From NCBI RefSeq assembly GCF_018977255.1, contig NW_024704742.1:75580001-75644000 (forward strand): a stretch of DNA of 64,000 nt, in the 5' to 3' direction. The notes below the pieces were generated by a model. The model did not search any database and had not been told where the DNA came from. It worked only from the letters and a program-made list of their open reading frames with translations. The position numbers were made by a program, and so were the translations under genes. Below, piece after piece: positions 38,959 to 50,100 of this stretch. This stretch comes from Callorhinchus milii (Eukaryota). Position 1 is the stretch's first letter, and each line of letters starts with the position of its first letter.

Positions 38959-39606
38959 ATTAAGTTTAATTTCTTAAACTCCTCTCATTGAACTGCATGG
39001 TTTGGAATACTTTTCATTTGACTTTCAAAGCTGGTTTCTAAAGCAGCCCAGTTGGATGGATGAGATTCTCCTCTCTCTTATGTCTTCGCTTTAATTACTT
39101 TGGACAGGCGCAACCTCGTTCTTAAAAGGTGCAAGCCCATTTTAACTGAAGCCTGGATTTGCTTTGGCCCTGCTGACAGTGAGTGGTGTGGCTGTGGATG
39201 ATGGCTGTTTTTCACATCAGTATCTGTATGAAGCACTGTCAGATTCAATACAAGATGAATTAGACACAGGGCAAAGTGGCCTTCAGGTTTCTGTGAATTA
39301 CCTTCTTGTACATTATGCAGTAACCTCCCTTAGAGAAGGAGACAGGGGGAATGAAAGTTCACCTAACCTTACCCCATGAGGTCATTTCATCTTAAAATTT
39401 AAGATCAGATACATTTGTGAAAGATTATACAATTAATTTAGAAGCCAATTTTCCACAGTTCTTAAAAAGAACCAACTTTCTCTCATTCAGCAGATGGGAA
39501 ACTGCCCCTGTGTTTCGTGGACTGAGGTGACAAAAAAAAAGTTGTCAGGGCTAAATCTCAAGCCTTAGATACTTAGGAACATAAAAAAAAGGAATAAAAA
39601 GAAAAA

Positions 39607-41405
39607 TCACTGAATACTGGAGAGGTGCCGGGGGACTGGAGAAAGGCAGATGTTACTCCTATTTTTAAAGTAATTTTTTGGGTCACTTTTAAAAGTGACC
39701 CAGAAAACTACAGACCAGTAAGTTTGACGTCCATTGTGGGTAATATTATGGAGTCTTTTGAAGGATAATAATAATAATAATCCTTGCATTTGATATAGCG
39801 CTTTTCACGTCAGGAGGACGTCCCAAAGCGCTTCACAGAACACACTGTAAAGTGAATTGACGGTATATTTGTGGGCGAACGCGGCAGCCAATTGCGCACA
39901 GCAATGTCCCACAAACAGTCGTAGATTGAAAATGACCAATTTATTATTGTTTTTTGTTTTGGAGGGATTATTATTAGGCGTGTGGAGTAAGGAAACTTGC
40001 CCAAGGTTTCGTCCTGCCTGGAATTGAACTCAGGTCTCTCACTTGCAAAGCGAGTGCTCTAACCACTGAGCTACAGGACTCCAAAAAAAAAATCATGGAG
40101 CGTCTGGACAGAAATAAAATCATAAATGATAGCCAATATGGGCTCATGAAGGGGAAGTCTTGCCAATCTAATTTACTGATTTTTTTGATGGTGTGACAAG
40201 GGAGCTTGAAAAGGGTAAGGCTGTTGATATTGTATAGCTGGATTTCAGTAAGGCCTTTGATACAGTTCCTCTTTGAGAGGTGGTACTGAAAATAAAGAAA
40301 GCAGGAATCAGTGGAGGTATTTTACAATGGATACGTGACTGGTTGACCGGAAGAACACAGAGGGTGGTGGTACAGGGAATATCATCAGACTGGGAAAATG
40401 TTACCAGTGGAGTTCCACGAGGGGCTGTTTTGGAGCCTCTTTTGTTTTAATATTTTTGTAAATCATCTGGAACTAGGAGTCTCAAGCACAGTGACTAAGT
40501 TTGCAGGGGACACCAAGCTAATGAAAATGATAAGATTGCGAAGCTGAACAAGATAGGTTACAGGAGGATTTGAACATACTTGGGTACTGGGCAGATCGGG
40601 GGCAGATGAAATTTTATGTGGAAAAATGTACATCACATGGTGACAAAAAATCCTGGAAGGAACTATTATTTGAACGGAATGAAAATAAAATGTATGGAAA
40701 ATGAAAAGGACCTCGGAATCCTGATTGACAATAAATTGAAACTCTCCCAACAATGCTCTGTGGCAGTGAGTAAAGCAAACCAGGTGTTAGGATGTGACAA
40801 ATGATCAATAGTAAGCCGAAATAGTGGGGTAATGTTGTCACTGTATATATCATCGGTGAGACCACACTTAAGGAGTACTGTGTACAGTTCAGGTCACCAC
40901 AGTACAAAAAGAATATTGTAGAAATTGAGAAGATACAGAGGGCAACCAAAATGATTGAGGGAACAGAGGTGCTGGACTAAGAGGAGCGACTAGATAAATT
41001 GGGCATGCTCATGCTAGAAAAGAGGAGGTTAAGACGTGACATGATTGCTATCTTTAAGATTCTAAAAGGGCGAGACAATATAGATCATGACAGGCTGTTT
41101 CAACTTGTCCAGAATAGTAGAACCAGAGGACATGGCCTGCGATTGAAGGGCGGTAAATTCAGAACAAATTTACGCAAACACTATTTCAGTGAACGAATAG
41201 TGAACCTGTGAAACAGGTTCCTTAGGGAGACAGTTGAAGCAGGAAGTGTAGATTCTTTCAATCACAGATTAGTTTTCTTTTAGGAAAAAACATGGATATA
41301 GTACATAGGTAGTTTGGGACATATGTGCATGTGACCGCCAGGAAGGTGAAAGGCGAACTAGATGGACCTTGGTTATTTTTCATCTAGCGTTTCTTATATT
41401 CTTAT
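39607..41405 (+). mobile_element. CR1 LINE, 5'-truncated, same family as the 19.5-21.9 kb copy, with a nested SINE
   Basis: DNA matches the first copy in reverse orientation (for example ggatttcagtaaggcctttgatacagttcctc). Has LEKRRLRRDMIAIFKIL...GHGLRLKG and a CR1-type 3' tail ending ttcttatattcttatg. Confidence 0.93.
39765..40082 (-). mobile_element. tRNA-derived SINE, short subfamily, nested in CR1
   Basis: Near-identical reverse complement of 41918-42240. It splits the CR1 sequence. Confidence 0.92.
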
Positions 41406-41917
41406 GAGTTAACCAATAGCTCTTAAGTATAAGAATCTGTATTGAAGAACGGATCTTCCAAGGTTACGGGCATTGCCGCTAATCTTTTCACAAAGACCTT
41501 TACAATGCAAATATGTAGAAAGGTCTATTCAAGAACATTTCAATAAAATCAATAAAGTTATGTAGCCACTGGTGACACGATTCATTGGCATTCTTGCCAA
41601 AATGACTAAGGCGAACTAGATAGACGTTGGTCTTTTTTTGTCTAGCATTTACGTTCTTATGTTAAGTGTGGAATGAGGAAAAACAATTCAGCCCATTTAA
41701 CCACCCTGTGAACATTTGCTTAAGTGGTTGGTTTCGTTGGCTAATTTCACAACTGTTCATGTCAAACCACTGGACCTTTCTGATCATTGGAATTAGAGAA
41801 CCCTGGAAATATAGAATGCCTGAAGACCTTCCTATTCGACTGTGCCTATGGTCACCTCCCCCAGCTCAGCTTGGCGCTCCATCACTGTCAAGCGCTCTGG
41901 GATGCTACCCTGCGTGT

Positions 41918-42240
41918 GGAGTCCTGTAGCTCAGTGGTTAGAGCACTCGCTTTGCAAGCGAGAGACCTGAGTTCAATTCCAGGCAGAGGGCGAAACCTTG
42001 GGCAAGTTTCCTTACTCCACACAGAGCCTAATAATAATCCCTCCAAAACAAAAAACAATAATAAAAATTGGTCATTTTCAATCTACGACTGTTTGTGGGA
42101 CATTGCCGTGCGCAATTGGCTGCCGCGTTCGCCCACAAATATACAGTCAATTCACTTTACAGTGTGTTCTGTGAAGCTCTTTGGGACGTCCTCCCGACGT
42201 GAAAAGCGCTATATCAAATGCAAGGATTATTATTATTATT
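41918..42240 (+). mobile_element. Full-length tRNA-Ala-derived SINE (young, short subfamily) inserted in an L2 tail
   Basis: A box TAGCTCAGTGG (41927), anticodon arm CTCGC-TTTGCAA-GCGAG (TGC), B box GTTCAATTCC (41971), L2-like tail and (TTA)n end. Confidence 0.92.
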
Positions 42241-42529
42241 ACTATATAAATGCAACGTTGTTGTTGTTTGAATAGAGCCAAGTCCATCCAAGCAGGCAGA
42301 TGGAATCTTGCTTTAAAGTCTTATCCTCTGACAATGTGGGGCTCCCCAGCATTGCAACCTAGACTTTCTATGAGCAAAAAGTCCTGATCACTTCCACAGC
42401 CAACAAAGCCTTTTTCATAGACTTTGTTGCCATAGTTGTCAGTGTAGCATTACAAGGCAAATCCATTATGTAAAAACTATATTATTAATCCCTGCATTGA
42501 TATAGTAGATGTATAAAAGAACATGTTTC

Positions 42530-43301
42530 TCAAGAGAGGCGTAAAGAATTTTATTAAAACACATCATACAAGACTACAAAGCACAGATTTTTAAATTGAT
42601 ATACATAAAGTAATCATGATCCACATAATTGGAGTAGCACTTGTGTAAAAACCTCTTTGTGACTGCCTTATTTATGCCATGGGGCCAGCAATAGAGTTAG
42701 CAAATATCCATGCAGTGGCTTCTGTTTAATACTTGGAGACTTCAGGAGCAAATAAGTAGCTATTTGGTTAGTTAAATAAAACAGAACACATCCTTTGAAA
42801 TATAAAAGTACAGTTTTGAAACAATCCATCCAATAACTATTTTCCAGTACCAAAGAAGACTAGTCTATTTTGCGATTGACAACATAGAAGTCGTGTTGCA
42901 CAAAGACTATGATGAAAGATTATAATTCTGTTAATCTAGCATGAAATGCATTGTTGCTTTGTTAGTAATTCTTACTACAATGTTACAAAATCACACGCGG
43001 AGTACACAAATCTCACACATCTCAAACATTTTTGAGAAATGTCCTCCATTCACAAATCAAGTCAAATCTAAGACATTCTGATTCTCAAATCCCCTGGCAA
43101 ACCCATACACTATAATCATTTTATAACTTGCCTACCCCATGTTGTCATAAAAACTTTACAAAAGTAGAAGAGAAATGGTACAAAATACATTATGTCTGTT
43201 TCAGTTAGTTATGTTGCACCTTTGCCTAACCCTAAAAGAAGTAGCAGAGGGATGTATCACTGTGGGGTCACCGGCCACAGCATCTAAAATCAGCCAGTGT
43301 C
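42530..43301 (-). other. Putative 3' UTR of the IGFBPL1-like gene with polyadenylation signal
   Basis: AT-rich block without recognisable repeats. AATAAA on the minus strand at 42550-42555. Confidence 0.5.
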
Positions 43302-43339
43302 CTAATTGTCCTTCTCTTTGGGGTCGGTTTTCTTATTAC
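43302..43339 (-). CDS. IGFBPL1: Probable terminal coding exon 5 of the IGFBPL1-like gene
   Basis: Acceptor CTGAC-TGTTTTTATTTCAG (branch point, pyrimidine tract, AG). A phase-1 join with exon 4 gives GNKKTDPKEKDN-stop. Followed by about 750 nt of AT-rich sequence without recognisable repeats, ending near an AATAAA. No homology support, signals only. Confidence 0.55.
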
Positions 43340-43599
43340 CTGAAATAAAAACAGTCAGCGTTTGAGAAACATAAACAACAACAACAACAAAATTACATTT
43401 GAATAGCACCTTTCACGTCAGGAGGACGTCCCAAGGCACAGGACAGACAGAGTTTCGGACCCAACGCCAAGTTCCGGACTGGCTCAGTGAGGTGGAATAT
43501 GCAACCATGGATGGTGATGCTCCACCCGGCGTGGAGGGCACTATATAAGTTCAAGTTGTTGTTGTTGGTGAATAGAGATGTTAATAATGCAAAACAAAC

Positions 43600-43850
43600 A
43601 ATTTCCACTCCCCACCCCTTTGCTTTGCATCATTAACGTCTCTTTAACCCATCATGCCCTGTCCTCTACCCCATTTTCTCCATTGTCTTCCATGCCCTGC
43701 CTCCCCCCTCTCTGTTAGCCCTTAAAAACCTCTCCATCCCAACCTGCATGAGTTCTGACGAAGAGTTGTGGACCAGAAACGTTGACTCACTTTCCTTTGT
43801 CCATAGCTCCTGCCTGACCTGCTGAGTCCCAGCGACATCTGTTTTGTGAC
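43600..43850 (+). mobile_element. Penelope-type terminal fragment: pyrimidine-rich tract, hammerhead-like motif and arm
   Basis: gagttctgacgaagagttgtggaccagaaacgttgactcactttcc...tgcctgacctgctgag is homologous to 22750-22835. Confidence 0.7.
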
Positions 43851-44594
43851 AACAAAAGAGTAGCCTGGTAATGCCTCTTCGGCACTCCTTGTTCTTATTG
43901 ACTAAAGACAAAAATAATTCCTCTTTATCCTCACTCTCCTACCCATCTCAATGCCTCTAAGCGGTCCTTAAACCACTATGATGGAACTGGGTCATAGCTA
44001 TAATAATAATGCTTGCATTTGATATATCACCTTTTATGTTGAGAGGATATCTCAAGCATTTCACAGGATTCACTATAATGTGTAGTGACTGTGTATTTTT
44101 GCATGACTTTTATTTTATATCTGCAAATGAGATACATTTGCAGGGTGGGTTAACTGCCTTTCATCGTTGCACAGGAAATCCACTTTACAATATATCCTGT
44201 GATGCGCTTATCTATGTGATAAGGCGCTATATCAAATGGAACAATTATTATCATCCTTAGCAATTTCTGCACCTCACCCTTTAACCACCCTCTGACCTGT
44301 CCCTGGTGGTCTTTATTATTATCCACTAAGGTTGATAAATGTACCAATGAGCAGACCACAGTCGCTTATGGGAGCAGCTTGCCTATACTTACACCTCAGA
44401 GTGACTGAGAAGTGAACAGACCTTAAAGAGGATTGGTGTCACAATCATGAAACTCTTGTGATTGTAGAGTGAGACTCGGCAACATGCTACTGTGCTATTC
44501 AAATGCAATGATAATAATAATCTTTGCATTTGATGTGGCGCTTTTCACATCAGGAGGACATCTCAAAGCATTTTAGAGGTTTTGCAATAAAATA

Positions 44595-44921
44595 ATAATA
44601 ATAATAATCATAATAATCCTTGCATTTGGTATAGCGCTTTTCACGTCGGGAGGACGTCCCAAAGCGCTTCACAGAACACACTGTAAAGTGAATTCACTGT
44701 ATATTTGTGGGCGAACGCGGCAGCCAATTGCGCACAGCAATGTCCCACAAACAGTTGTAGATTGAAAATGACCAATTTTTATTATTGTTTTTGGTTTTTT
44801 GAGGGATTATTATTAGGCGTGTGGAGTAAGGAAACTTGCCCAAGGTTTCGCCCTGCCTGGAATTGAACTCAGGTCTCTCACTTGCAAAGCGAGTGCTCTA
44901 ACCACTGAGCTACAGGACTCC
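44595..44921 (-). mobile_element. tRNA-derived SINE, short subfamily
   Basis: Near-identical to the 39765 and 24895 copies. Confidence 0.92.
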
Positions 44922-46355
44922 ATATAAAGTGTAGGGACTGTGTGTTTTGCAGGCAATTACCATTATTTATTATTATTATTTATCAACAGTCACTGGTGGA
45001 GATTAGCTGTTGCAATAGCCTGAACAAAACCAATACCAATTCACTTGTATTTTTAATCAGTTTTATTTTGTAAAGCACTTTGAGGTGCCGAATACATGTA
45101 AGTACAAGTTGGGTTGTTAACAGTTAACGTGTGATGTTCCGTGACTAGATTTAGCTTTGGAAAGACAATCTGTTGTGGCTGAGATGCTGATAATGCGTGT
45201 GTGCTATTTTGCTAAACTGTCATTGTTTTGCAGATCTGAGGTGCCCACCAACATATTAGGTCATTGAATGGTCTCATTGTGAGAATAAAATGTAGGCCTC
45301 CACTTCTCACACTCATTAAAAACAGCCAATTCCCACACTGATTAATGTTCACTCTTACAATAAGATGATTAGTCAAACACAATAATGCTTTGCAGTTGTG
45401 TTCATTTCTTTTTCATGCTGGCTCAAGTACAGCAGTTTGTGGCTTCATAGCATGTGAATTTTTCAGATAACAAATCTATGGTGAAACATCTTTCTTTCAT
45501 TTTGAATTTTTCAGTAAGAATGCGTTTGGTGGAGCTCCTTATCATATCAAGAAATGTCAAAGCATTTCAAAAGCTTTCTGTCCAGTGCATTTGTAGGCAA
45601 AACATAACATCCAATTTGCACACAGCAATGTCCCACAAACAGCTATGAAGTGAATGATCAATTTCCAGGTCACTGGAGGAAACGCTTTTCATATAGTTTA
45701 AAATCCACCCAAACAGGTAGACGAGACTTTGGTTTAACCTCTCAAAGAACGGCACTTTTGACGATGAATATGAGGCTCAGAAATCCCAGATCTGGTTATC
45801 AAATCACTGTTTTGAGTTAATTTTCAAAAAATTCAAAAGTCACTCTGACATTGATGTCTGACAGGCAGTCAGGCAGAGCATCAGTGGACCTGAATCCAAG
45901 AGTAGAAGCGGAGAAGTAGATTTGGGTGCCAATCGCAAACATAATTACACAGGCAACAATGTCACCACAAGCAAGCATGCAGATGAGGAAAAGGAGGGGC
46001 TGAGAATAGAGCTCTGAGGTACTCTGTAGTGACAGTGTGAGGGTGGAGGGGAAACCATTGGAAAGACAAAGTGGTGGTGGTGGTGGGTCAGGTTGGAACC
46101 AGAAGAGCGCAGTCCCACAGAGATGGATGAGAGAGAAGGGTGCATTTTCTCCCTCCCCTTCCCCCATCCTCCTTCCCTAATCTTCCTTCCTTCCTCTCTC
46201 TTCTTCCTCACCCTCTTTCTTCCCTTCCCTTTCCCCCTTGTGCCTTCTTTCCCTCCTCTACCCATGGCCTACCAATGATGAATCCTGCTTTTGCCATTTC
46301 TTCCTTACTCCTGTAGTCACTCCAGGAGTTGTCACTCCTGTGGTGTTCACCATAC

Positions 46356-46473
46356 CTTTAGTCCTGATGGTTTTCTCTATTACTTTGATTGTTTCTTCGG
46401 TCTGAACCTCTCCCAGGATGTTGCTGGCATGACACTGATAAACACCTTCATCTTCCTTTGTCAGTGGATTAAT
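46356..46473 (-). CDS. IGFBPL1: IGFBPL1-like exon 4 (end of Ig domain)
   Basis: CAG acceptor at 46474. Encodes INPLTKEDEGVYQCHASNILGEVQTEETIKVIEKTIRTK with the Ig motif DEGxYxC. Probable phase-1 donor AAG|GTATG at 46356/46355. Confidence 0.88.
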
Positions 46474-47039
46474 CTGTTTCAGGAAGAATTATCAAAAGCA
46501 ACTGATTTACAGAATTGTACAGAACTGTTATAGGAAAGATGCACAGGTTTCTATGAGTAACAAAATCGCCCCTGTCATTTCATTAAAGATAGGATCATCA
46601 ATGCATTTAAAAGAAATGTGATGCTTACATGGGGAGAAGGGAGTGGAGTATAAATACTGTTATGGACTAACTGTGTAAATGGCCTGTTTCCGTGCTGTAT
46701 CACTCTATGTAACTCTATAGTGGGCTCAAATTATTTTTGGCATTACACCTATCACGATCAACAATGTCATCCGCGAATGGGATTTCCCCCTATATAATCG
46801 TGCATCGCCAATGTCACCTTGAATCAATTTGGAAACTACAGCAAGATGAATGACTAAACTGGATGTAAAATAAGCATTGAGAACCATCGAAGATTTGCAA
46901 CACAGAAGGAGGACGTTCAGCCCAATTGCTCGGTGCTAGGGCATGCAGGGAACTTCCCAAACATGAAGGGAAACATCTAACCTAGTTATCTCTATCGCCC
47001 TTGTTGCTGAGCCACCTAATATAGAGACTTGTTTCTTAC

Positions 47040-47156
47040 CAAGACCCATCCTGTGCTTTCGTGCTTAGATGGGCCACCACGGACTTGAATGGCCACATTT
47101 ACTCGGTCTCCAGGCAGTTCTTCCAGCAGCTTCACCCCCTTGGGAGACTCTGTGAC
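47040..47156 (-). CDS. IGFBPL1: IGFBPL1-like exon 3
   Basis: CAG acceptor, GTAAG donor, 117 nt, phase 0 to 0. Encodes VTESPKGVKLLEELPGDRVNVAIQVRGGPSKHESTGWVL (IGFBPL1 signature EELPGDxVNxAxQVRGGPS). Confidence 0.92.
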
Positions 47157-50100
47157 CTGTCCACAATAGAATCATTGACTAAATACATCATAAGAGAGGT
47201 TTACATTTAACAAAAGACTCTTTGGCCTATTCGATCATATGTATATACATAAAAAGTGTTTTGACTGTATTTTACAGGCAAATAACAGCAGCTAATATGT
47301 ACACAGCAATGACCCACAAACCACTGTGAAATCAATTACATTTTTTTTAATATTGGGGGGATTGCTGGTTAGGACACTGGGAGAAACTCCCTTCTCTTTT
47401 CAAGTAGTTTCACAGGATGAGTCTGAACAGATAGACGGGACCTCGGTTTAACATCTTATATCTACCTTAACATCTTCAGTACAGTGTTAAGTTTATTTCT
47501 TAAATGAGTCCAATATCTTAGTTGCTACCACTCTTCCGAAGCCCCTCTAGATGATCCCCACGCACTGACCCATTATCATATTTGAACATAAGATGAAAGC
47601 GTTGCTGTCCAAAGGGCAGGAATTCAGGGCTGTGAAAAGCAATTTACTGGGAGGAGTGCCTCTACTCCAAACAACGATCCGGTGGGAATGATCAGATTGA
47701 TTGCAAGGGAACAGAAGTCTGGGTCAGTCTGTGCCACAGGAATGGGGTAGAAACACACGTTGGTTGAATGGCGTTGCTCTACACATGGTCTAAGCTGCTC
47801 GGTTGGCTTGGCTTGATTGACTGAAGTATATTCGACCACTGTATACTCTTAATTCCACTACTGTGCCCACTACAACACTGTGAGGAATAATAAATTGGCA
47901 GTGTTGAAAAATGGACGGGTAAAAGACTATCTGGTTCCCAGCATGTGACAATAGTCTATTCCAAAGAATTCTATTGAAATTAGCCAACGCTGAGACCTTA
48001 GGAATAGGAAAGTTGAAATCATTTTAAAAAATCAGAAGGTGAAATTGTATGACAGATATGACACTACAACTACGCACTACCTTAATGAAAGGTAGTGCCA
48101 ATGTAAGTAGATTTATGTCTCAATCTGTATCGTTCTATATTTTTTTGTTTATAGCTCCTGTATGGTGACTGAGTTCTGAGTTTCTTAGAAAACACAGGGC
48201 ATAAAGAAAGAACGAGATTAGAAAGATGTTAAGATTATCTTAACAATGTAATATCTATTGCAACATTTATATTTATACCATGTGGGATAATACGAGCCCC
48301 CATTGCCATAAATGATGATTTTCAAACTAACATTTGGAATGAAATCTTAAATGATTTAATCTTTAAATTTTAATACTGATTACATTTTGTCAGGAAGAAA
48401 ATATTGGCATTGTGTTTGTTCACAAGCCATAAAAACTAGCTGATTCTGCTGTTATTTAACAATCCTAATTAATATATAACTAGGGTCAGAGCGGATTCTA
48501 GTGTTTTATCTGCATGAAAAGCAGAGCCGTTTTCTGCTGCCATAATAATATAACAAGCTCTATCAAGTTCTCTAACACATGAGTGGCATTTGTTCCAGGA
48601 GGTTACTTCTAGGATAACATCCAGGAGAACAATATTACAAGTTACAGCTTCAGCACGAACTGTGTGTCATGTTATTCAGGCGGATGCGGGATCAGCCAGG
48701 GAGAATTCCTTTGCTGCTGTCATTCAACCACAAAACATGCAGACACTCCACTTTATAGTATATCTTGCGAAGCTCTTTGGGATGTCCTTCCAACATACAA
48801 CAACAACAACAACAAGATTCCATTTATAAAGCGCCTTTCACGTCAGGAGGACGTCCCAAGGCGCTGCACAGTTGGGTCATGACCCGAGCAGGGGGGAAAT
48901 GGTCAGGGTGAGGGGAGGGAAGGGAGGGAGCGAGGAGGGGGGAAATGGTCAGGGTGAGGGAAGGGAGGGACTATGCCAAAAAAGGGACTATGCCAAATCT
49001 GAGGATTAGAAATACTATCATGATTTCTGGTGCTGTTCCTCAGATAGCCAGTCGGTTCCAAAAGTGCCTCAGAGAAATTGTTTTATGAAGGTATCAGCAG
49101 AGGCTTTGGTTACCATGTGAGCAGAAGCCCTGTAGAATCCATGGTAATGTAAGTGATTTGTCACAAAAAAGAGTGATTTTTCAGTGTGATAAATTGGCTA
49201 CTCACTTCATGGCTATTTGTGGGACATTGCTGTGCGCAACCTGGCTGCCACATTTTGCTCACAAATACATAATATTATAAATAATCCTTGCATTTCGTAA
49301 AGAACCTTATCACGTCATTGAGAAGTTTCAAAGCACTTCACAGAATATACTGTAATTGCAGTCACTGTGTATTTTGTGGGTGAAACATGGCAGACAGTTG
49401 CACACAGCAGTGTCCCACAAAGAGCTATGGAGCGAGCGACAAATTCTTTATTTGGGGGATTGTTGGCTAGGACACCATGCAAAACTCCCTTCTGTTTTCA
49501 AATAGTGCGTGGGATCTTTAACACCCGCCTAAACAGGCAAATGGGATCTCAATTTAACAAGGTTAAACTGAAGGAGTCGGAACTGTTTTGACTGCTTTGA
49601 CTTCACAGGCCAATTTATAAATACAGTCAATCCAATTTGTAACATATCCTCTGTAGGCTTTAAGACTTTTCAACAACATGATAAGGTGCTCTATCAAATC
49701 AAGGATTATTATTATTATTACCCCACCCTATCTCTTTGATTTCCTGTGGTCCTACTCCCCTGCAAATTTCCTTCACCAACACAGCCCTGCTGCATGTTTT
49801 CTGCTTCCTCTACACCACCATCGATGGGCAAGCTCTCAGCCAAATTGGCCCCCAACTCTCTCCTTGAATCCCTTCACCTCATATCTTCCCTCTCTGCTTT
49901 CAAACCCCACCTAAATAGCTATCCTTTTGAATGCACCTTTGGACACCACTTCCATTGGACATTTCCTACCAGCACGGCTCCCACTCTAACTCTGTAATAA
50001 TAATAATAATAATCCTTGCATTTGATATAGTGCCTTATCACTGTGAAGTGTGTTAGGTCGCTCCTACATATAAGGTACTTTCTTTATCCAATACAAATAC

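Noticed and set aside
41918..41990. tRNA-Ala(TGC) gene
   Set aside because: It has A and B boxes and an anticodon arm but no proper acceptor stem, and continues into a SINE body present in many copies.
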